Shown: positions 43,253-52,175, numbered from the stretch's first letter. The stretch: 64,000 bases of DNA from Sphingomonadaceae bacterium (GCA_036384795.1 DASVLP010000033.1:1375-65374); one strand, 5' to 3'. The notes: generated by a model not told the origin, from the sequence alone. A program made the numbers and translations.

Positions 43253-44369
43253 CCGGCCGTTCGGCCGTTTCTTTCCGCTGATCCTCGCCACTGCACTGGC
43301 CGGCTGGACCGGCCCTGCCGCAGCGCGCGATGCCGGTCCGCCCCCGGCGAAACCGACCGGCCCGGCGGCCGACTATCCGGTGGTCGTCGGCGAGCCCTAT
43401 ACCGCCGGCGGGGTGAGCTTCACCCCCGAGGACAAGCTCAACTACGACGAAGTCGGCTATGCCGCGATCGATCCGAAAGGCGGAACCGCGATCTCGGGTG
43501 AGCACCACACCTTGCCGCTGCCGAGCTACGTCGAGGTGACGTCGCTCGACACCGGCAAGACGATCCTGGTGCGGCTCGAGCGGCGCGGGCCGATGGACGG
43601 CACCCAGCTGATCGGGCTCTCGCCGGGAGCGGCGGCGCAACTCGGGGTGAGCGCCGGAGCACCGGTGCGCGTGCGGCGGGTCAATCCGCCCGAGCAGGAA
43701 CGCGCGTTGCTGCGCGAAGGCAAGCGGGCCCCGGCGCGGATCGATACGCCGATGGGGCTGGTCAACGTGCTGCGTCGCAAGCTTCCGGGCGGGGCAGGGA
43801 CCTTGGCCGCCGCTTCGTCGACCGACCTGACGGCCAAGCCGGCTCCGGCTCGCCAGGCGCCCGCGCCTGCAGCTGCGCCCGCTGCCGGCCCAGCTTCTGC
43901 GGAGCCTGCATCGCAAGCCGTTGCGGCAAGCGCGCCGCCGCCGTTGCCTCCGCTCGAGCCGACCGGCGCGGCCAAGCGGGACATGAAGCCGGTCACCGCG
44001 ACCATCCGCAGGCCGGGGGAGCCCGATTTCCCGTGGATCGCGACGTCGCAGAAGGCGGCGCCAAAAGAGCCGCAGAAGGCGCCGGCGAAGCAGGCTGCCG
44101 TGCCGCCTGCAGCCAAGCCCGCTGCGAAGGCCACTGCCGCCCCTGCCACCGTCGCGTCGGGCAAAGGGTTCGTCGTCCAGGCGGGAGCGTTCTCGACGCG
44201 CGAGCGTGCGCAAGGCGTCGCCAGCAGGATCGGGGGCTCGGTCAGCAGCGCCGGCAAGCTCTACCGCGTGCGCACCGGCCCGTTCGGCTCGCGCAAGGAC
44301 GCCGAAGCCTCGCTCGCCAAGGTCAAGGCCGCCGGCTACGGGGACGCCCGAATCTATCCGACCGGCTAA
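43236..44369 (+). CDS. rlpA: RlpA-like septal-ring lytic transglycosylase with C-terminal SPOR domain
   Basis: Met at codon 7 of ORF 43218..44369. DPBB-like region HHTLPLPSYVEVTSLDTGKTILVRLERRGP, an Ala/Pro-rich linker, and SPOR region FVVQAGAFSTRERAQ...YRVRTGPFGSRKDAEASLAKVKAAGY. Confidence 0.75.
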   Translation: MRLPSDRPFGRFFPLILATALAGWTGPAAARDAGPPPAKPTGPAADYPVVVGEPYTAGGVSFTPEDKLNYDEVGYAAIDPKGGTAISGEHHTLPLPSYVEVTSLDTGKTILVRLERRGPMDGTQLIGLSPGAAAQLGVSAGAPVRVRRVNPPEQERALLREGKRAPARIDTPMGLVNVLRRKLPGGAGTLAAASSTDLTAKPAPARQAPAPAAAPAAGPASAEPASQAVAASAPPPLPPLEPTGAAKRDMKPVTATIRRPGEPDFPWIATSQKAAPKEPQKAPAKQAAVPPAAKPAAKATAAPATVASGKGFVVQAGAFSTRERAQGVASRIGGSVSSAGKLYRVRTGPFGSRKDAEASLAKVKAAGYGDARIYPTG

Positions 44370-44429
44370 CCGTCCGCGCTGCTCGCAAACCGTTGCCGCG
44401 CTCGCGTGATGGCGTGCTAGGTGGCTGGC

Positions 44430-45065
44430 ATGAGCGGACGATTCATCGCGCTGGAAGGCGGCGAAGGGGCGGGCAAGTCGACCCAGGCCCGCCTGCTCGC
44501 CGACGCGCTGCGGGCGCGCGGGCTTTCCGTCGTGCTCACGCGCGAGCCCGGCGGCACCCCCGGCGCGGAGGCAATCCGCTCGTTGCTGCTCCATCCGCCG
44601 CACGAAGGGTGGGGCGCGCAAGCCGAGGCGCTGCTGTTCGCCGCGGCGCGCGCGGATCACGTCGAGAAGCTGATCCGCCCCGCGCTGGCCGAAGGCAAAT
44701 GGGTGATCTGCGACCGGTTCATCGATTCGACGCGCGCCTACCAGGGCGGGGGCGGGGGCCTTTCTGACGCAGATATCCTCGCGCTGCACCGGGTCGGCAG
44801 CGGCGGGCTGCTGCCGGATCTGACGATCCTGCTCGAAGTGCCGCCGAATGTCGCCGAGGCGCGGCTCCAGGCGCGCGACGGGGATGCCAGCGACGCGATC
44901 GGCGGGCGCGACGCGGCTTACCACGCGCGCGTCGCGGCACGCTTCGCGCAGCTCGCGCAAGCCGAACCGGATCGCTTCGCAAGGCCCCGCACGACCGGCA
45001 CCCGCGAGGAAACGCACGAGCAGATCATCGCCGCGCTCGCACCGCTGCTGGAGCGCGCCGCGTGA
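44430..45065 (+). CDS. tmk: Thymidylate kinase
   Basis: FIALEGGEGAGKSTQ P-loop. Alternative start at 44421. Confidence 0.92.
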   Translation: MSGRFIALEGGEGAGKSTQARLLADALRARGLSVVLTREPGGTPGAEAIRSLLLHPPHEGWGAQAEALLFAAARADHVEKLIRPALAEGKWVICDRFIDSTRAYQGGGGGLSDADILALHRVGSGGLLPDLTILLEVPPNVAEARLQARDGDASDAIGGRDAAYHARVAARFAQLAQAEPDRFARPRTTGTREETHEQIIAALAPLLERAA

Positions 45066-46015
45066 CCTATCCGGGGCACGAGGCGGCCTGGCGCGAGTGG
45101 CGCGCGGCGCTCGCCGGCACGCGCATGCACCATGCCTGGCTGCTCGCCGGCAAGCGCGGCATCGGCAAGCTCGAGTTCGCGCTCGCCGCCGCGCGCGAGC
45201 TGGTCGCCGAGCAAGGCGTGCGCCAGCCCGCCGAGCACCCCGACATCATCGTGCTGACCAATCTCCCCGCAAACGCCGACGAGGAAAAGAAGAAGGCCGA
45301 GGGCAAGCCTTACCAGACCAAACGCAATATCGCGGTCGACCAGATTCGCGAGATGCAGCAGCGCCTGACCACCCGGCCGACCCTCGGCGCGCGCCGGGCG
45401 ATCATCGTCAATCCGGCCGACGATCTCGAAAAGAGCGCCGCGAACGCCTTGCTCAAGAGCCTCGAGGAGCCGCCGGCCGGCAGCTTCTTCCTGCTGGTCA
45501 GCCACCGCCCCGGACGGCTGCTGCCGACGATCCGCTCGCGCTGCCGGCTGGTGCGGTTTCCCGAAGCCGCCGACGACGAAGTCGAAGCATTCCTCGCCCG
45601 CGAGGAGCCCCAGGCCGACCCCGAAACCCGCGCGCTGGCGGTCAGCGCCGCCGAGGGGTCGCTGCAGGTCGCGCGCGAGTTCGTCGAGCAGCAACTCGCG
45701 CCGCTGCACAAGCTGATGCGTCGCATCCTGCACGAAGGCGATCCGGGCTTCGAGCTGCGCGGCGCGCTCGCCGATGCGATCGGCACCCGCCCGGCGCGCG
45801 AACGCCAGCTCGCGGCGATCGACCTTGCCCGCGCGGTGCTGGCGCGCGAGATGCGCATGGCCCCGCGCGGGCGGCTGCCCGCGATCATCGAAGCGCATGC
45901 CGAGCTCAACCGCCTCGCGGGTCAGGCGCCGACCTACAATTTCGATCCGGGGCTGCTGGTGATGGAAATCGGCAGCTTGCTCGCCTCGGCGGCTGCCCCT
46001 AGGGAAACCGCCTGA
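45062..46015 (+). CDS. holB: DNA polymerase III delta' subunit
   Basis: HAWLLAGKRGIGK, SANALLKSLEEPP and TIRSRC motifs. GTGA overlap with tmk. Confidence 0.88.
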   Translation: MTYPGHEAAWREWRAALAGTRMHHAWLLAGKRGIGKLEFALAAARELVAEQGVRQPAEHPDIIVLTNLPANADEEKKKAEGKPYQTKRNIAVDQIREMQQRLTTRPTLGARRAIIVNPADDLEKSAANALLKSLEEPPAGSFFLLVSHRPGRLLPTIRSRCRLVRFPEAADDEVEAFLAREEPQADPETRALAVSAAEGSLQVAREFVEQQLAPLHKLMRRILHEGDPGFELRGALADAIGTRPARERQLAAIDLARAVLAREMRMAPRGRLPAIIEAHAELNRLAGQAPTYNFDPGLLVMEIGSLLASAAAPRETA

Positions 46016-46052
46016 ACCTTCGTTGCAGCGCTAGAAAGGCGGCGGACCGGCG

Positions 46053-47612
46053 ATGGCCGATCCCTATTACATCACCACCGCGATCTCGTATCCGAACGGC
46101 CCGCCGCACATCGGCCACGCCTATGAGGCGGTCGCGGCCGACGTGATCGCGCGCTTCCAGCGCCTCAGGGGCCGCGAGGTGCGGTTCCAGACCGGTACCG
46201 ACGAGCACGGCCTGAAGATGGCGCAGAAGGCGCGCGAGCTGGGCAAGCAGCCGCTCGAGCTGGCGAGCGAGATGAGCGCACTGTTCCGGCAGATGTGCGA
46301 CGGGCTCGACGTCTCGTACGACCGCTTCATCCGCACCACCGAGGCCGACCACCACCGCGCCAGCCAGGCGATCTGGCAGGCGATGGAGAAGAACGGCGAC
46401 CTCTACCTCGACCGCTACGAAGGCTGGTACTCGGTGCGCGACGAGGCCTATTACGACGAGGGCGAGCTTGTCGCGGGTGAGGGCGGCGAGAAGCTTTCTC
46501 CCCAAGGCACGCCGGTCGAATGGACGGTCGAGGAAAGCTGGTTCTTCCGCCTTTCGGCCTATCAGGACAAACTGCTCGCGCTCTACCGCGAGCATCCCGA
46601 ATTCATCCAGCCCGAAAGCCGGCGCAACGAAGTGCTGCGCTTCGTCGAGGGCGGCTTGCGCGACCTGTCGGTCAGCCGCACCAGCTTCGACTGGGGGGTG
46701 AAAGTCCCCGGCCACGAAGATCACGTGATGTATGTGTGGGTCGATGCGCTTACCAATTATCTCACCGGTCTCGGTTATCCCGACGATACGGCGGAGGTGG
46801 CGAAGTTCTGGCCCGCCGACTTGCACCTGATCGGCAAGGACATCGTGCGCTTTCACACGGTCTACTGGCCGGCGTTCCTGATGAGCGCTGGGCTCGCGGT
46901 GCCGAAACAGGTGTTCGGCCACGGTTTCCTGCTCAACCGCGGGCAGAAGGAGAGCAAGTCGCTCGGCAACGTGACCGATCCGATGCAGCTCGCCGACCGC
47001 TATGGCGTGGACGTGCTGCGCTATTTCTTCGTCCGCGAGGTCACCTTCGGACAGGATGGCAGTTATTCGCTCGAAGCCATTGTAACCCGGGCGAATGCCG
47101 AGCTCGCCAACAGCTTCGGCAATCTCGCGCAGCGCACCCTTTCGCTGATCTACAAGAACTGCGATGGCCACCTGCCGCCGATCTTCGGGCACACCGAAGC
47201 CGATGATGCTCTGTTCGAGGAAGTGGCGCGGGCGGTGCGCGAGGAGATACCCGAAGCGTTCGAGCGCCTTGCATTGAGCCAGGCATGCGAGGCCTGGATG
47301 CGCGCGGTGTTCGCCTGCAATGCCTATATCGACGAGCAGGCGCCGTGGGCGCTCCGCAAGACCGATCCCGAGCGGATGAAGACGGTGCTCGCGACGCTCT
47401 ATATCGCGATCGTCCAGCTCGCGGTGGCGATCTCGCCGGTGATCCCGGGATCGGCCAAGAAGCTGCTCGACGCGATGGGCTTCGATCCGGCTTTGCGGAC
47501 CCTCGAAGGGATCCATTCGCACTGGTATTCACCGCTGGCGGAAAGCGGTTACCGGCTGGCGCAGCCGGTGGGCGTTTTTCCGCGGCTCGAATTGCCGGAA
47601 GAAGCGGCGTGA
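46053..47612 (+). CDS. metG: Methionyl-tRNA synthetase
   Basis: PNGPPHIGHAYEAV (HIGH) and KESKSLGN (KMSKS). Confidence 0.96.
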   Translation: MADPYYITTAISYPNGPPHIGHAYEAVAADVIARFQRLRGREVRFQTGTDEHGLKMAQKARELGKQPLELASEMSALFRQMCDGLDVSYDRFIRTTEADHHRASQAIWQAMEKNGDLYLDRYEGWYSVRDEAYYDEGELVAGEGGEKLSPQGTPVEWTVEESWFFRLSAYQDKLLALYREHPEFIQPESRRNEVLRFVEGGLRDLSVSRTSFDWGVKVPGHEDHVMYVWVDALTNYLTGLGYPDDTAEVAKFWPADLHLIGKDIVRFHTVYWPAFLMSAGLAVPKQVFGHGFLLNRGQKESKSLGNVTDPMQLADRYGVDVLRYFFVREVTFGQDGSYSLEAIVTRANAELANSFGNLAQRTLSLIYKNCDGHLPPIFGHTEADDALFEEVARAVREEIPEAFERLALSQACEAWMRAVFACNAYIDEQAPWALRKTDPERMKTVLATLYIAIVQLAVAISPVIPGSAKKLLDAMGFDPALRTLEGIHSHWYSPLAESGYRLAQPVGVFPRLELPEEAA

Positions 47613-48388
47613 TGCTGATCGATTCGCACTGCCACCTCGAATACGAAGGCCTGGTCGACCAGCAGCAGGCCGTGCTCGAGCGGGCGCGGGCGGCCGGGAT
47701 CGGCGGGATGCTCAACATCTCGACCCGGCGCAACGAGTGGGAGCGGGTGGTCGGCACCGCAATGCGCGAGCCCGATGTGTGGGCGAGCGTCGGGATCCAT
47801 CCGCACGAGGCCGACGCCCACGCCGATCTGGGTGCGGCGGCGTTGCTGGAAGCGGCCGAAAACCCGCGGGTGATCGGGCTGGGCGAAACCGGCCTCGACT
47901 ATTATTACGATCATTCCGACCGTGACACGCAGCAAGCGCTGTTCCGGGTCCACATCGGGGTCGCGCGCGAAACCGGCCTGCCGGTGATCATCCACACCCG
48001 CGATGCCGAAGCCGACACATTGGCGATCCTGCGCGAAGAGAAGGAGCGCGGCGCGTTTCCCGCGCTGATCCACTGCTTCACCGCTTCGAACGAGTTCGCC
48101 AAAGGCGTGCTCGAGTTGGGCCTGACGATCTCTTTGTCGGGCATCGTGACTTTCAAGAGCGCCGCGCAACTGCAGGAAACGGCGAAGGAAATCCCGGCGG
48201 ACCGCCTGCTGGTCGAAACCGACAGCCCGTTTCTCGCGCCGGTGCCGCACCGGGGGAAACCCTGCGAGCCGGCGTTCACCGTCGACACCGCGAGGTTCGT
48301 CGCCGGACTGCGCGGAGAGGAATTCGAGGCGTTGGCCGAGACGACCACGCGCAACTTCTTTGCGCTGTTCACGAAAGCGAGCGCGTGA
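47612..48388 (+). CDS. tatD: TatD family metal-dependent hydrolase
   Basis: Met at codon 110 of ORF 47285..48388 begins MLIDSHCHLEY. The sequence also shows IHTRDAEADT and LLVETDSPFLAP. 1-nt overlap with the metG stop. Confidence 0.9.
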   Translation: MLIDSHCHLEYEGLVDQQQAVLERARAAGIGGMLNISTRRNEWERVVGTAMREPDVWASVGIHPHEADAHADLGAAALLEAAENPRVIGLGETGLDYYYDHSDRDTQQALFRVHIGVARETGLPVIIHTRDAEADTLAILREEKERGAFPALIHCFTASNEFAKGVLELGLTISLSGIVTFKSAAQLQETAKEIPADRLLVETDSPFLAPVPHRGKPCEPAFTVDTARFVAGLRGEEFEALAETTTRNFFALFTKASA

Positions 48389-49152
48389 AGCTGCGAATGC
48401 TCGGCAGCGGAACGTCGACCGGGGTGCCCCGGGTCGGCAACGAATGGGGCGAATGCGATCCAAACGAGCCGAAGAACCGGCGCACCCGCGTGTCGATCGT
48501 GGTCGAGAGCGCGGAAGGTTCGCGGTTGCTGGTCGACACTTCGCCCGACTTGCGCCAGCAGCTGCTCGAAAACGACATCGGTCGGATCGACGGGGTGTTC
48601 TGGACCCACGACCACGCCGACCACTGCCACGGGATCGACGACTTGCGGGTGCTGCGCTACGGTCGCAACGCGCCGCTGCCGGGGTTTGCCTCGGCCGATA
48701 CCGCCCATCGGCTCCGCCAGCGCTTCAGCTACGTGTTCTCGGGCCAGTACGGGTACCCGACGATCGTCGGGATCGAAGCGCTCGAGCGTCAGCGGCTCCA
48801 CGCGGGCTTCGCGCTGCGGTGGTGCCAAATGGCGCACGGGCCGACCGAATCGACCGGTTTCCGCTTCGAGGCAGACGGAAAATCAATCGTTTACGCGACG
48901 GATTTCAGCGCGATCTCAGAAGAGATGGTCGCAACCTTCCGCGGCGCGGACATCCTCGTCAGCGATTGCCTGCGGCGCGAGCCGCATCCCACGCATGCGC
49001 ATCTCGCCATGGCGCTCGAGCTGGCCGAACGCTGCGGCGTACGGCGCACGGTGCTGACGCATCTCGACAAGAGCATGGACTACGCCGAACTCCAGGCCGA
49101 GGTGCCGGCCGGCGTGCTGGTCGGCTACGACGGGCTCGAGCTGACCGCCTGA
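48385..49152 (+). CDS. MBL-fold metallo-hydrolase (PhnP/GPMB-like)
   Basis: MLGSGTSTGVPR and WTHDHADHCHG. GTGA overlap with tatD. Confidence 0.85.
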   Translation: MKLRMLGSGTSTGVPRVGNEWGECDPNEPKNRRTRVSIVVESAEGSRLLVDTSPDLRQQLLENDIGRIDGVFWTHDHADHCHGIDDLRVLRYGRNAPLPGFASADTAHRLRQRFSYVFSGQYGYPTIVGIEALERQRLHAGFALRWCQMAHGPTESTGFRFEADGKSIVYATDFSAISEEMVATFRGADILVSDCLRREPHPTHAHLAMALELAERCGVRRTVLTHLDKSMDYAELQAEVPAGVLVGYDGLELTA

Positions 49153-49319
49153 TGCGTTTCGACTGGGCCTCGGTGGTGTTCCTGCTGATGGCTTTGCTGC
49201 TGCCGGTCAGCGCATTGGCGCGGCGCAAGCTCGATTGGCGCAAGGGCGCGGTGATGGCGTTGGCGTGGATCGGGATATTCGGCCTGGTGGCGCTGTTCAT
49301 CACGGCCGTGCGGGGTTAG
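49152..49319 (+). CDS. Hypothetical 55-aa two-TM membrane protein
   Basis: MRFDWASVVFLLMALLLPVSALARRKLDWRKGAVMALAWIGIFGLVALFITAVRG. TGATG overlap with the MBL stop. G/C-rich third codon positions are consistent with coding. It is not listed as its own entry; it lies in-frame at the 3' end of track ORF 48360..49319. Confidence 0.4.
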   Translation: MRFDWASVVFLLMALLLPVSALARRKLDWRKGAVMALAWIGIFGLVALFITAVRG

Positions 49320-49349
49320 CGCGGCTGAGCGGCCTCCCTATCATTTAAC

Positions 49350-49363
49350 ATAATATATATTAT
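49350..49363. promoter_or_regulatory. Perfect 14-bp AT-only palindrome in an AT-rich patch upstream of mazG
   Basis: ATAATATATATTAT at 49350-49363, flanked by the direct repeat TATCATT (49339-49345 and 49361-49367). It lies 24-37 nt upstream of the mazG GTG at 49387. Confidence 0.3.
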
Positions 49364-49386
49364 CATTCCAAGGTATCGCAACGACA

Positions 49387-50124
49387 GTGTCCGAAATCGA
49401 CCGCCTCCTCTCGATCATGGCCCGCCTGCGCGACCCTGAGCGCGGCTGCGAATGGGACGTCGCGCAGGATTTCTCCACCATCGCGCCGTACACCATCGAG
49501 GAAGCTTACGAAGTCGCCGACGCGATCGCGCGCGAGGACATGGCCGACTTGCGCGACGAGCTCGGCGACCTGCTGTTCCAGGTGGTGTTCCATGCGCGCA
49601 TGGCCGAGGAAACCGGCCACTTCGCGTTCGACGACGTCGCCCGCGCGATTTCCGACAAGATGGAAGCGCGCCACCCGCATGTCTTCGCCGACGGTACGTC
49701 GCCCGGATGGGAACAGCTCAAGGCCGACGAGCGCGCCGCCAAGGGCGCCGGCAGCGCGCTCGACGGTGTGGCGCTGTCGCTGCCGGCATTGCTGCGGGCG
49801 CTGAAGCTCCAGCGGCGCGCGGCACGGACGGGGTTCGATTGGCCCGACGACGAAGGCCCGAAGGCCAAAGTCGCCGAGGAGATCGCCGAGATCGAGCAGG
49901 CCGCGCCGGACCAACTCGAAGAGGAATTCGGCGACTTGCTGTTCGCGGTGGTCAACTGGGCGCGCAAACGCGGGATCGATCCGGAGGCCGCGCTGCGCTC
50001 CGCCAACGCCAAGTTCGAGCGGCGTTTCCGCGGAATGGAAGCCATTGCCGGCGACACGTTCGCCTCGCTCGACCTCGAGGAGCAGGAAACGCTCTGGCAG
50101 CAGGTCAAGCGCGGCGAAGGCTAG
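49387..50124 (+). CDS. mazG: Nucleoside triphosphate pyrophosphohydrolase MazG
   Basis: CEWDVAQDFSTIAPYTIEEAYEVADAI and a second EEFGDLLFAVVNWAR repeat. Confidence 0.9.
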   Translation: MSEIDRLLSIMARLRDPERGCEWDVAQDFSTIAPYTIEEAYEVADAIAREDMADLRDELGDLLFQVVFHARMAEETGHFAFDDVARAISDKMEARHPHVFADGTSPGWEQLKADERAAKGAGSALDGVALSLPALLRALKLQRRAARTGFDWPDDEGPKAKVAEEIAEIEQAAPDQLEEEFGDLLFAVVNWARKRGIDPEAALRSANAKFERRFRGMEAIAGDTFASLDLEEQETLWQQVKRGEG

Positions 50125-50274
50125 AGTTTGTCCTGTTGATATCGAATCGAACAATGATTGTGATCCCCGGCGAAAGCCGGGGTCCGGGATCGCAGGTGCT
50201 GCGCCCGCGACCCCGGGTTCCTGCTTTCGCAGGAACTCACAAGGGTGATTTCACTTGAACAGGACACGCTCTAG
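50121..50274. repeat. About 150-bp MITE-like element with terminal inverted repeats and two GAAA-loop hairpins
   Basis: TIR CTAGAGTTTGTCCTGTT (50121-50137) versus AACAGGACACGCTCTAG (50258-50274), 15 of 17. Hairpins are CCCCGGC-GAAA-GCCGGGG (50165-50182) and GTTCCTGC-TTTC-GCAGGAAC (50217-50236). It fills the gap between the convergent mazG and hflX stops. Confidence 0.6.
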
Positions 50275-50280
50275 GAGCGG

Positions 50281-51561
50281 TCAAGCTTCCGCTTCGGCGA
50301 GCGCCGCGTAACGGCCGAATTCGAGCGGCGTGAGGCGCACCTTGAGGCGGAGCTGGGGTCCGCCGCCGCCGTGCTCGGCGGTCTCGCGCAACACTTCGCC
50401 GTGGGCGTGGAGCCAGGCGATCCGCTGCCCGTCGCCTGCCGGGACCACGAACTCGTACGTCTTCGCGTTGCCGGTGAGCAGCCGGCCCAGCATGTCCGCC
50501 AGTTGGTCGAGCCCGAACCCGCTCGCCGCCGAGATCGCCGTCGCGCGTTCTTCGCCCAGCACCAGCGGCTCTAGCTCGATCCGGCGCTCGTCGCTCAGCA
50601 GGTCCCACTTGTTCCATGCCTCGACGATCGGGATGCGGCTCTCGCCCCCTTCCCCTTCGATCACCCCGAGGTCGGTCAGGATCTCGAGCACTTGCGCCTT
50701 CTGCGCCGCGCTCGCGGGATTGGCCATATCGCGCACGTGGACGATCACGTCGGCGGCGGTGACTTCCTCCAGCGTCGCGCGGAACGCGGCGACGAGTTGA
50801 GTCGGCAGATCGGAGATGAACCCGACGGTGTCGGACAGGATCGCCTTCTCCACGCCCGGCAGGCGGATCGCGCGCATCGTCGGGTCGAGCGTCGCGAACA
50901 GCAGGTCTTCGGCCATCACGTCGGCGCCGGTCATGCGGTTGAACAGCGTCGACTTGCCGGCGTTGGTGTAGCCGACCAGCGCGATCACCGGCCACGGCGC
51001 GCGTTCGCGCCGCTCGCGGTGCAGCGCGCGGGTGCGGCGGACTTGGTCGAGCTCCTTGCGCAAGCGCCCCATGCGGGTGCGGATCATCCGCCGGTCGGCC
51101 TCGATCTGGGTCTCGCCCGGGCCGCCGAGGAAGCCGAAGCCGCCGCGCTGGCGCTCGAGGTGGGTCCAACTGCGCACCAGCCGGCTCTGCTGGTAGTCGA
51201 GGTGCGCGAGCTCGACCTGTAGTCGGCCCTCGGCGGTCGCCGCGCGCTCGCCGAAGATCTCGAGGATCAGCCCGGTGCGGTCGATCACCTTGCGCTTCAG
51301 TTTCTCTTCGAGATTGCGCTGCTGGATCGCCGACAGCGCCCCATCGACGATCACCAGCTCGGCCTGCTCCTGCTCGCACTCGGTGGCGATGCGCTCGATC
51401 TGGCCTTCGCCGAACAGGGTGCCGGCGCGCACCTGGCGCACCGGCAGGATGAAACCGTCCGCCACCTCGATGCCGATCGCGAGCGCAAGGCCGCGCGCTT
51501 CCTCGAGCCGCGCCTCGGCATCTTCGCCGCGCCGCTGTCCGCGGATGTCGGGGCAAACCAC
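50281..51561 (-). CDS. hflX: GTPase HflX
   Basis: [12 protein letters not shown] (G1), DTVGF, and HflX N-domain [15 protein letters not shown]. The true start is probably upstream of the first canonical start codon (see findings). Confidence 0.92.
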   Translation of the reverse strand: MVCPDIRGQRRGEDAEARLEEARGLALAIGIEVADGFILPVRQVRAGTLFGEGQIERIATECEQEQAELVIVDGALSAIQQRNLEEKLKRKVIDRTGLILEIFGERAATAEGRLQVELAHLDYQQSRLVRSWTHLERQRGGFGFLGGPGETQIEADRRMIRTRMGRLRKELDQVRRTRALHRERRERAPWPVIALVGYTNAGKSTLFNRMTGADVMAEDLLFATLDPTMRAIRLPGVEKAILSDTVGFISDLPTQLVAAFRATLEEVTAADVIVHVRDMANPASAAQKAQVLEILTDLGVIEGEGGESRIPIVEAWNKWDLLSDERRIELEPLVLGEERATAISAASGFGLDQLADMLGRLLTGNAKTYEFVVPAGDGQRIAWLHAHGEVLRETAEHGGGGPQLRLKVRLTPLEFGRYAALAEAEA

Positions 51562-51611
51562 GAGGGCCCGCGGGCCGCGCGCGACCTCGCCTGCGGGGGA
51601 GTCGGTGAAGC

Positions 51612-52175
51612 TCAGGCCGCTTCCTCTTCGCCTTGCCAGTCGCCGGTGAGGTCGACCGGCACGGCCGGCTGGATGGTGGACACGGCATGCTTGTAGGCGA
51701 GCTGGACGAAGCCTTCGCGCTCGAGCAGCATGCAGAACAGGTCGAACGCGGCGATGCGGCCCTGCAGCATTACCCCGTTCACCAGGAACATCGTGACCGA
51801 AACGCCCGCGTCGCGCACGCTGCCGAGGAACACGTCCTGGAGCAGCCGCTGCTTGCGGCTGCCCTCGCCCATGCCGCCGAACTGCGCGGCATCCACCGGC
51901 TGGCCCGGCATGATGGTCGAAATCGCGTGCTTGTAGACCAGCTGCGACTGGCCGTCGCGGCGCAGCAGGATCGAGAAATTGTCGAACCAGGTGACGATGC
52001 CCTGCAGCTTGACGCCCTTGACGAGGAACATCGTCACCGGGATCTTGTTCTTACGCAGCAGGTTCAGGAACGCGTCCTGCAGGCTCTGGTTCTTGTTCGC
52101 GGCGACCGGAGGTACGGCGGCAGCGGCAGGTTCGGGAGCGGGCCGCGGGCGCGCGGTCAGGGTCTTGCTGGTCAT
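51612..52175 (-). CDS. hfq: Hfq with two tandem Sm/Hfq domains in one 187-aa chain
   Basis: Domain 1 is residues 30-90, [61 protein letters not shown]. Domain 2 is residues 109-170, [62 protein letters not shown]. Confidence 0.9.
   Translation of the reverse strand: MTSKTLTARPRPAPEPAAAAVPPVAANKNQSLQDAFLNLLRKNKIPVTMFLVKGVKLQGIVTWFDNFSILLRRDGQSQLVYKHAISTIMPGQPVDAAQFGGMGEGSRKQRLLQDVFLGSVRDAGVSVTMFLVNGVMLQGRIAAFDLFCMLLEREGFVQLAYKHAVSTIQPAVPVDLTGDWQGEEEAA

Noticed and set aside
43790-44160. Apparent repetitiveness in rlpA (Ala/Pro/Lys-rich stretch), considered as a tandem DNA repeat.
   Set aside because: It is a low-complexity linker between the DPBB and SPOR domains with no exact nucleotide periodicity.
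43212-45017. 601-aa minus-strand ORF antisense to rlpA and tmk.
   Set aside because: High-GC antisense artefact. The plus-strand frames have DPBB/SPOR and P-loop signatures.
49341-49352. CtrA-like half-site (TTAACAT) in the AT-rich patch upstream of mazG.
   Set aside because: It is only a partial half-site. There is no TTAA-N7-TTAA partner, and the resemblance is likely due to AT-richness.
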